From: a virus
Lineage: Duplodnaviria; Caudoviricetes
Length of the DNA stretch: 30,130 nt
IMG/VR virus record: IMGVR_UViG_3300026453_000026
Coordinates: 1-30,130 of that record
Strand: one strand, 5' to 3'
Positions within the stretch are counted from its first letter, which is position 1. Each line of letters starts with the position of its first letter. Of the stretch, positions 23,741 to 30,130 are shown in pieces. A program made the position numbers and the translations under genes. Under the pieces are notes generated by a model that was given only the letters and a program-made list of their open reading frames with translations, was not told the origin of the DNA and did no database searches.

Positions 23741-26397
23741 TCTAATATTATTGTTTCAGATAATTCAGTTATTAAAGTATCTCCGTTTTCAGCTATTGCC
23801 ATAGGTTCTTTTTCTGTTGTTTCAAATAAATCTGTGTCAAATGCTCCGTTTTCTCCACCTTTATAATCATAAATAGCTCTTACAGATATTTTGTAAGTTG
23901 TATCGCTTTCTAAAGCTGATACGGTAGAACCAAAAGAGCCAGGGTTAGTAAATCCTGTATAAACATCATCTACATAAATCTCGTACCTTAAAAGGTTTGT
24001 GTCTGTAATAGAATTATATGTAAAATCTATTGTACTACTTGTTTTGCTTGTTGTCTGTAAATTCTCAACCCTTTGTAACTCTTGCCTTTGACCATTCAAA
24101 CTCTGCGATGAGTTTGTCTGTAAGTTAAATAATTCTAAGTCACTTTTATTTGTTAGTAGATTTGTCTTTATAGAGTTTATTCTGTATTCCGTTGTACCTA
24201 TAATAAATATATCATTTAGTCTATAATTTAAAATTACATTTAAAGGTAGGTAAGCAGATACATTTGTTTTTCTTGAATTTCGAGCAAATAGATTAGCTAC
24301 ATAATTTCTGTAATACTTAGTATATAAATCATTTGACGGTGTTTGTGTTACTTGTGTGTACTCGTCTGATTCAATACCAAAATTTATTGTTTGTGTTGGA
24401 ATACCAGCAATATTAACTATTGCGTTTGAAGGTCTGTAATATCTAATCAAATCGCTAAATGTACCGTCTAAATTATCAAACTTTATAACATCACTTGTTT
24501 CAGTCCATATTGGATAAAACAATAAAGGGTCGCCTATTGTTGGTTCAAACTTTTTGTCTAACATAGCACCCTGTTGAACATCTGTTAAAGTGTTTGGTAA
24601 ACTTTCGTTATTTAATCTCTCGTACATCATTTTTTCAAAACCAACCTCAACCTTGTAGTCGCTTCCGTCATACTGCTCTGATGTAAAACTTTCTTCTGCA
24701 AATTTATTGCCTTGCAATTCGTCTGAATACTGTACTAAATACGATTTTTTGCTTTTAAACTTAAATATCATATTTTTAAATTGTAGTAACTTAGATACAG
24801 TTTTTTTGCTAGTATCTACATACTCCGTAATATCGTAAACCTTGCCAGCGTTGTAATAATCGTCTAAAGGTAGTACCGTTATAACTCCGTCCTCTTTATA
24901 TGCAGTTAAATTAAACATAGTAAATAGATTTTTTAGAAAATCAAATATTTTCATTTTAGGCATTTGCCTACTTATATCTACTATATTTTCAGCAGTTGGT
25001 GCTGCGGCTTCATAAAACCCTGTTGCTTCTGTTGTTTGACCTCCACTTCTGTTATCTCTAACCTTTTTAACTCTTAATTCTTGCGATATGCCTAGAGTGT
25101 TTTCAGCAGTTATAATAATTTTTACAGCTATAGCTCCTTCTCCCCAATCGTCTGGATTAAAAATAACAGTGTCTAGGGTTTGAGTACTAGTCCCCTGTCT
25201 TTCAGCAAAAAGACTGTTATCCGACATTCTCCTAAATTCAACAGTATAACTTTGACCGCCAGGAGCATTAACAGTTAAGTCAAATTGATATTCTATCCAA
25301 TCTCCAGAAAAAATTAAAAACTCTGGATTAGCTGGTCTTAATTCTGTTCCACTGTCATAATCATATTCTAAACCAGCAGCAGCTGGAATATCTGTAAACC
25401 AAGTTCTAACTATACTAGTAACTTCTCCACCCTCTTCTGCATTACTCATAAACCCTTCTTCCCTGTGAAGCCATAGGTATAACTTTTTAAAATTAAAACT
25501 GTTAAAAAAAGTGTTACTAAATTTTATCTGTGGGTAGTTACTTTCTATTGCATCAATTATGACCTTAGCTCTTAATGCTGGTTTTATATCAGCATAGTTT
25601 AAAAACGTATTTGTTATAGCGTCTTTATACCCAGCGTTACCGTCATATCCGTATCTCATATTCTTAGTGTGAGTAATTAACGGAAATAGTAAATCTGGTG
25701 GTGTTGGTGTTATTGCTGCTGTTAAGCCTAAACGGCTTCTTACAAAACTGCTTGTATATTCAAAATTCAAACTTTCTGGAAATTGCAAAGAACTTAATTC
25801 ATTTTCTGCTAGTATTTTTTTAAACTCGACTGTTTCTCCTGTAAAGACTAATTTATAAGAATACGCTACATTGTTTTTTAAATCAACAGACGTCAGCCTA
25901 AAACTACCTTTTTTGTAATTAGTTCCGTTTAACTGAATAAGCGCATCGCCTTGAAATCTAGCATCGTAACTGTTTGTTACTTCGCTATTGTAATAATGCT
26001 TAAAAAATTTATTATTATGCTTAGATGCTGGTACGCTAAACTGTTGGCTAAACGGTGCAAATATCTTAGCTGGGTCTTTTACATTTTGGATAGTATCTGT
26101 AATTGATACGCTCTCGTCTTTAAATAATTCTAACCTTGTAAAGTCGTTGTATATTTGATACCTTTGTCCTGTACCAGAAAAAACTCCCCCGTCAATATCT
26201 AGTGTGTCAGTTCCACTCGGTGCTATTGCAGTAATAACCCCCTCAACTCCACTATCAAGGTCTTTAATTATTTGCCCTACTTTGAACCTTCCGTCTGTGA
26301 AATCTGTTGATTGGTCTATAAGTCTAGTTTCAATAGGAAAAGAACCAACGCTATTATATTTAAAAGCATCTCTTATATATAAGTCTATTATCTGCAT
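23737..26397 (-). CDS. Tail tip/hub protein with C-terminal fibronectin type III domain
   Basis: 886 aa; VENLQTTSKTSSTIDFTY...LESDTTYKISVRA (FnIII). Confidence 0.7.
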   Translation of the reverse strand: MQIIDLYIRDAFKYNSVGSFPIETRLIDQSTDFTDGRFKVGQIIKDLDSGVEGVITAIAPSGTDTLDIDGGVFSGTGQRYQIYNDFTRLELFKDESVSITDTIQNVKDPAKIFAPFSQQFSVPASKHNNKFFKHYYNSEVTNSYDARFQGDALIQLNGTNYKKGSFRLTSVDLKNNVAYSYKLVFTGETVEFKKILAENELSSLQFPESLNFEYTSSFVRSRLGLTAAITPTPPDLLFPLITHTKNMRYGYDGNAGYKDAITNTFLNYADIKPALRAKVIIDAIESNYPQIKFSNTFFNSFNFKKLYLWLHREEGFMSNAEEGGEVTSIVRTWFTDIPAAAGLEYDYDSGTELRPANPEFLIFSGDWIEYQFDLTVNAPGGQSYTVEFRRMSDNSLFAERQGTSTQTLDTVIFNPDDWGEGAIAVKIIITAENTLGISQELRVKKVRDNRSGGQTTEATGFYEAAAPTAENIVDISRQMPKMKIFDFLKNLFTMFNLTAYKEDGVITVLPLDDYYNAGKVYDITEYVDTSKKTVSKLLQFKNMIFKFKSKKSYLVQYSDELQGNKFAEESFTSEQYDGSDYKVEVGFEKMMYERLNNESLPNTLTDVQQGAMLDKKFEPTIGDPLLFYPIWTETSDVIKFDNLDGTFSDLIRYYRPSNAIVNIAGIPTQTINFGIESDEYTQVTQTPSNDLYTKYYRNYVANLFARNSRKTNVSAYLPLNVILNYRLNDIFIIGTTEYRINSIKTNLLTNKSDLELFNLQTNSSQSLNGQRQELQRVENLQTTSKTSSTIDFTYNSITDTNLLRYEIYVDDVYTGFTNPGSFGSTVSALESDTTYKISVRAIYDYKGGENGAFDTDLFETTEKEPMAIAENGDTLITELSETIILE

Positions 26398-27510
26398 TTA
26401 TCTAATGTTGTTTATAGTATCAAAAGCAAAGTCTATTTTTATAGTGTAATTAATTAGCTTGTCATTTAAACTTGTCTTATAACTAAAGCTACTGTCCGTT
26501 ACATTAACAGGCAAAACAACGTTATCTATTTCAATCCAGCAGTCCTCGCTTAATTGCATTTCTTTAAATACTTCGTTATACTCTTCTGGATAAAACCCTG
26601 TATTCAAGTCCATTTTTTCGTTACCCATTTTATATAGGTTTTTCTTTTGGTGCTTATCAACTGCATAGCTATTCGCTGAAAGTGTATTCCTTTTGAAGTC
26701 CTCTGTTTTAGTAGATAGTTGTTTATTGCTTCTCTTAAAAAACCAAAGATTTTGCAACGCTCCAAACTTGTTTATAAAACTTAATTTATAAGGGTCATAT
26801 TTACACTCGCTAATATTTTCTACTTTAACAACTGAAACTCCCTCTGTTGAATTTATATAAATAGTATCAACAGGGAACGTCACATTGCTATCTAAAAATT
26901 GATGCAAACATATACTATCCTCAAAAGTTCCATCATCTCTATAAACCCTGTCCGCAAATTCGTCTGTTCCGTTTACAGTATTTGAAACATATTTTATCTG
27001 TTCACTTGACAAACTACTAGACGTAAAATTCTCTTCGTACACTTCTTGGTTTTCTGAATAGTACTCAACACTTGTTACTTTGTTAGTGTCAATAGGTAAA
27101 ATAACAGGCGCATCGTCTAGTTTAACCACTGTTAAGTTTGACTGTAATAGTCCGCTATCGTTTTGAGGATTAACCCCCTCTTGGAAATATCCGTAACCAT
27201 AAAAACCTTTTAACTCAACAAAAGGCATTATAATACCGTTTCCATTAACTATTTTAGCGATACGATAATCAACCCATACAACCTCTGTTTCGTAATCATC
27301 AGCATTGTAAGTCATATAATCCCTAACAAGTTCTGCTATCTCAAAATTGATAGTACTGTTTACTGCTCTTGCTCTTAGTGCGTAAGTTGGACTTGCTGGT
27401 CTTGACGTTGTTTGCGTTCCTGTATATATGTAAAGACTTAAAGTTGCATCTGTTAATTTACTTTCGTTTAAATATACATAGTATGGACTTCTTACATTAA
27501 TTTTTGCCAT
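26398..27510 (-). CDS. Distal tail/baseplate-like protein
   Basis: 370 aa beta-rich, directly upstream of the tail tip gene. Confidence 0.5.
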   Translation of the reverse strand: MAKINVRSPYYVYLNESKLTDATLSLYIYTGTQTTSRPASPTYALRARAVNSTINFEIAELVRDYMTYNADDYETEVVWVDYRIAKIVNGNGIIMPFVELKGFYGYGYFQEGVNPQNDSGLLQSNLTVVKLDDAPVILPIDTNKVTSVEYYSENQEVYEENFTSSSLSSEQIKYVSNTVNGTDEFADRVYRDDGTFEDSICLHQFLDSNVTFPVDTIYINSTEGVSVVKVENISECKYDPYKLSFINKFGALQNLWFFKRSNKQLSTKTEDFKRNTLSANSYAVDKHQKKNLYKMGNEKMDLNTGFYPEEYNEVFKEMQLSEDCWIEIDNVVLPVNVTDSSFSYKTSLNDKLINYTIKIDFAFDTINNIR

Positions 27511-27511
27511 T

Positions 27512-28042
27512 TTATCGTTTTGTTAGTTTTATTAAATCTTTTTCTAGTCCTATTGAATACGCTTCAATCAAATCATCTGGCAGTCTTTTAAACGCTGCTA
27601 CAAATGGCTTAGTAAAAAATAAACTAGGCTTAATTCCTTTTTGATATATACTTCTAGCAATTAAAAACGCTGTACTTTGATAGCTTAAAAATCGCCCTGT
27701 TTTCCTATCCCTAAATTGTATTCTACGCCTTTTAACATAGCTTTGCATTGCTTCGGTTAAACCACCTTTACGTCCTGTGCCACTGCCAAACCTAAACGGA
27801 CTATTTGGTGCTTTACTGCTTGATGACTTACCCCTAACCCCTTTGTCTTGAAACTCTCCGTATTGCTCCATACTGAAACCTAGTTCAGCTCCTTTAGTTG
27901 TTAGCTCTATATCATACCCTAAACTATTATAAAGTGCCTTAGTATCGTTCTTATCGCTTTTAGACAGGTTGCTTCGGCTCTGTTGTATAACGTACTTAGC
28001 GAACTTATTTAATTCTTCTTTTAAGGCTTTGTCTGCTAACAT
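27512..28042 (-). CDS. Tail completion/neck protein (HK97 gp10-like)
   Basis: DTKALYNSL, YGEFQDKG, GIKPSLFFTKPF; basic. Confidence 0.55.
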   Translation of the reverse strand: MLADKALKEELNKFAKYVIQQSRSNLSKSDKNDTKALYNSLGYDIELTTKGAELGFSMEQYGEFQDKGVRGKSSSSKAPNSPFRFGSGTGRKGGLTEAMQSYVKRRRIQFRDRKTGRFLSYQSTAFLIARSIYQKGIKPSLFFTKPFVAAFKRLPDDLIEAYSIGLEKDLIKLTKR

Positions 28043-28506
28043 ATTTCAATATCATTGTTTACGAATACGTCAAACGTTGCAGTCCAACCAGCCACTTTAT
28101 TTTCAAACCTATCTACAAAAGGTTCAAGACTTGCGTCACCATCAAGCTGGTATTTGTCACTATATAAATCGCCACGTCTTAAAACTTGCACTAACTTATT
28201 TAATACAGCTAGTTGTGTATTTAAAACGTCTTGTTCGTTATTGTTTCCTATAAATATATCCGTTGTAGGCTCTTTACTTTCATCTACAATATCCATTGCT
28301 AGTATAGATATGTTAAATCTTAAAACGCTTTCTTGTGCTGTAACGCTATTAATGATTAAATGTGACAAAGGGAATATAGACTGCTTAGACAAATCAACAT
28401 CAAATAAATCTCCCTCTGTGACTGTGTTTACATTTATATCGCCTAGTAAAGCGTCTTTAATAGTTTGCGTTAATAAATAATAACCTCTTATTCCTGTGTA
28501 ACTCAT
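28036..28506 (-). CDS. Putative tail terminator/completion protein
   Basis: Acidic 156 aa protein in the tail module. Confidence 0.45.
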   Translation of the reverse strand: MSYTGIRGYYLLTQTIKDALLGDINVNTVTEGDLFDVDLSKQSIFPLSHLIINSVTAQESVLRFNISILAMDIVDESKEPTTDIFIGNNNEQDVLNTQLAVLNKLVQVLRRGDLYSDKYQLDGDASLEPFVDRFENKVAGWTATFDVFVNNDIEIC

Positions 28507-29233
28507 TTGAATTTATTTTTTATTTGTCTTGCTTCTATTTCGTTTTTTTCTTTTGTATATGTTAAATACGTCAAGCATTCGTGTACGTTTAATTTAGTGA
28601 TATCTTCAAATCTCGTAATATCTCCGTCAGCGATTGCATAGATTGAATTGTACCAGCCCCATTTGGTTGTGAAGCCAGAAATTGCGCTAAGCTCTCCTCG
28701 TTCTGTTTGCTCGAAGAGTTCAGAATAACTGTCGATAAGTCTTTGCCTAAATTGTAAAAAAAAACAATAGCACCGAACACAGCATCTAAAGGATAGTTCT
28801 TGGCATCTTCGTTTGTATCTGGGTTGTATTCCTTAAGCGTGTATCTTTGCCCTTGCTTTAAATCAATTGGTCTGTATAAAACATTCATAGCTCTATGCAA
28901 ATTATCGTTATCGCCTATAAACGTATCTAAATCCACATACTCCCCAAAACTCATATTTTCTAAGTCTGGTATAAAACCATAATCAATACCATTCATTTGA
29001 AACCTATTTATAAGCTGGTGTTCTGTGTCAAACATATTATTTATAATAACACAAATATCTGTTATATCTTTTGCTTTCATTGAACGTACAACCTCAACAG
29101 GCACTTTACAAAATATCTCAATCATCTTAGATTGCACCTCTGCTTCCTTTGTTAAATCTAATTTGTCAAACTCTTGGTATTGCCCTAGAGTTATTTCATT
29201 TAACGTTGTTGGTATGCTTAACTTAACTTTCAT
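28503..29233 (-). CDS. Tail assembly chaperone, -1 frameshifted long form (~243 aa)
   Basis: -1 frame after T_TTT_TTT (28763-28757) is open for 84 codons, lacks an ATG, and its TGA overlaps the next ATG. Confidence 0.75.
28589..29233 (-). CDS. Tail assembly chaperone, short (0-frame) form, 214 aa
   Basis: Contains the slippery run GTT TTT TTT TAC at codons 157-160. Confidence 0.65.
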   Translation of the reverse strand: MKVKLSIPTTLNEITLGQYQEFDKLDLTKEAEVQSKMIEIFCKVPVEVVRSMKAKDITDICVIINNMFDTEHQLINRFQMNGIDYGFIPDLENMSFGEYVDLDTFIGDNDNLHRAMNVLYRPIDLKQGQRYTLKEYNPDTNEDAKNYPLDAVFGAIVFFYNLGKDLSTVILNSSSKQNEESLAQFLASQPNGAGTIQSMQSLTEILRDLKISLN

Positions 29234-29237
29234 ATTA

Positions 29238-29264
29238 ATATATAAACTTTTTTAATTTATTTTA
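29238..29264 (-). promoter_or_regulatory. Putative late promoter TAAAATA-N12-TTATATAT-TAAT-ATG
   Basis: Shared motif; spacer differs from the copy at 174-200 but boxes and length are kept. Confidence 0.7.
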
Positions 29265-29279
29265 GTAACTATAAGATAC

Positions 29280-29309
29280 AAAAAAACCCCTACATTTCTG
29301 CAAGGGTTA
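29280..29309 (-). terminator. Terminator of the cassette
   Basis: ACCCTTGCA-GAAA-TGTAGGGGT then a T run. Confidence 0.85.
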
Positions 29310-29329
29310 ATTTATTTATTTATTTTTTT

Positions 29330-29581
29330 TTATGCACCTGTATATGTGTAGTTATTATTTTCTTTTAGTTCTTGACCCTTCCACGTTTGATAAAGGTAGT
29401 TTGTTTTTTTAACTCTAAAACTATCTCCTATTATTTTAGTTGGGTTTGGCGTTACTCCATTATTATAATCATATTTGTCAATCTGAACTAATGTGTAAAA
29501 AGATTTAGTTTCTTTGACTAACTCGTAAAATTTAACTGTTGTTCTGTTGTATCCTGTTTCTGTATAAAAAATCTTTGACAT
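29330..29581 (-). CDS. 83 aa accessory protein of unknown function
   Basis: ORF with A-rich start region, own promoter and terminator; GYxxTxxxFYxxV pattern. Confidence 0.8.
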   Translation of the reverse strand: MSKIFYTETGYNRTTVKFYELVKETKSFYTLVQIDKYDYNNGVTPNPTKIIGDSFRVKKTNYLYQTWKGQELKENNNYTYTGA

Positions 29582-29605
29582 AATTGTTATTGTTTTTGTT
29601 CCCTA

Positions 29606-29647
29606 CAAAGATACACCTTTTTTTGAAATAACAAACATTTAATTAAC
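29606..29647 (-). promoter_or_regulatory. Bacteroidota promoter TTTG-N18-TATCTTTG of the cassette
   Basis: -7 box 29613-29606, TTTG at 29635-29632. Confidence 0.75.
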
Positions 29648-29675
29648 TTTTTTTTTATTTTTTTTATTCAACAGG

Positions 29676-30130
29676 TTAAGACACCGTATATTTACCCCTG
29701 TTTGGGTTTTGTAGTTGAAAGCCTACTGCGTAACGAACCGCATCTATTAAATGGTTGTATTTATCTATTGGTGTATTTGACTTGCGTTCTAGCCAACGAT
29801 AGTTATTTAATTCCTTAATTAAGTTTGTACTATCTGGGCTTACTATAATATCATAGTCTTGTAATAAGCTAATGCCATAAGTAACGCTTCCTTGCCCTTT
29901 TATACTTGGACGTACATTACAACCCTTTGCTTTTATTTCGCTTAGTAGTCTAGGCTCTGCACTATCCCCAACAATTAAACCCTCTCTAGCGTGTTTTAAA
30001 TTAAGCTGTGCTATTTGTGAAGTGGTTAGTCTTTGTAAGTAGAAACATTCCTTTAAATAAATACGTTTGTTAGAACTATCTATATTGACCTCAACCAATG
30101 TACTTGGGTCAGCAGCGAAACCATAATCTT
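29676..30130 (-). CDS. terL: 3' part of terminase large subunit, second haplotype (cut by window edge)
   Basis: Protein identical to the C-terminus of 205..1413. Confidence 0.92.
   Translation of the reverse strand, partial: DYGFAADPSTLVEVNIDSSNKRIYLKECFYLQRLTTSQIAQLNLKHAREGLIVGDSAEPRLLSEIKAKGCNVRPSIKGQGSVTYGISLLQDYDIIVSPDSTNLIKELNNYRWLERKSNTPIDKYNHLIDAVRYAVGFQLQNPNRGKYTVS

Larger units (their letters stand above)
29271..29675 (-). mobile_element. Moron-like cassette (promoter, 83 aa gene, terminator) present in only one haplotype
   Basis: Absent at the equivalent site 205-207; net 407 bp. Confidence 0.8.

Noticed and set aside
26375-26382. Additional TTATATAT copies (also 922-929, 11025-11032)
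   Set aside because: Inside coding sequence, without a good upstream box at 12 nt or a start codon at 4 nt
28721-28730. Apparent 1-nt deletion (9-letter block 'cagataact' in the printed line)
   Set aside because: Line numbering and the ORF translation (VILN) imply 10 bases, so it is a display loss; both frames stay open with the base restored
99-29255. All plus-strand ORFs in the track (e.g. 99..347, 1758..2129, 22366..22719, 28055..28480)
   Set aside because: Antisense shadows of well-supported minus-strand genes, with Ser/Leu/Phe-rich composition and no recognisable motifs
29676-30098. Separate 140 aa gene or terminase pseudogene
   Set aside because: It is terL truncated by the window end; the frame is open to the edge
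1-30130. tRNA, rRNA, CRISPR array, integrase/att site, stop-codon recoding
   Set aside because: No cloverleaf, repeat-spacer array or recombinase seen; genes are intact under the standard code with TAA, TAG and TGA all used as stops

Overview
AT-rich window holding one complete ~29 kb genome unit of a siphovirus-like tailed phage, very probably infecting Bacteroidota/Flavobacteriia (TAnnTTTG promoters, A-rich non-Shine-Dalgarno start regions). All credible genes are on the minus strand. Early/replication module (10725->1730): NinG-like nuclease, SSAP-like, SSB-like, GIY-YIG, AAA helicase, phage sigma factor, two PD-(D/E)XK nucleases, 5'-3' exonuclease, C5 methyltransferase, NUMOD4-HNH-AP2, DUF3310, DnaA-like HTH. 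Late module in unusual order: TerS, TerL, frameshifting tail chaperone, tail completion, Dit-like, tail tip, tape measure, protease, scaffold, capsid, tail tube, portal, adaptor, fibres, lysis. No integrase, polymerase or primase was recognised. The two ends overlap (1-659 vs 29065-30130) but are different haplotypes: about 22 silent SNPs in terL plus a 407 bp promoter-gene-terminator cassette. Main findings: (1) a ~65-70 nt candidate sRNA whose U-rich 5' end is antisense to the start regions of several early genes; (2) a fixed-spacing bipartite late-promoter motif (YAAAATA-N12-TTATATAT-N4-ATG) implying leaderless late mRNAs, probably read by the phage sigma factor; together these suggest an early-to-late translational switch. 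Also a -1 frameshift with long dual coding, a recurring ENG-xx-L / MAN-K-xS docking-motif pair and a candidate capsid cargo protein. All calls are by-eye motif recognition with no database searches.
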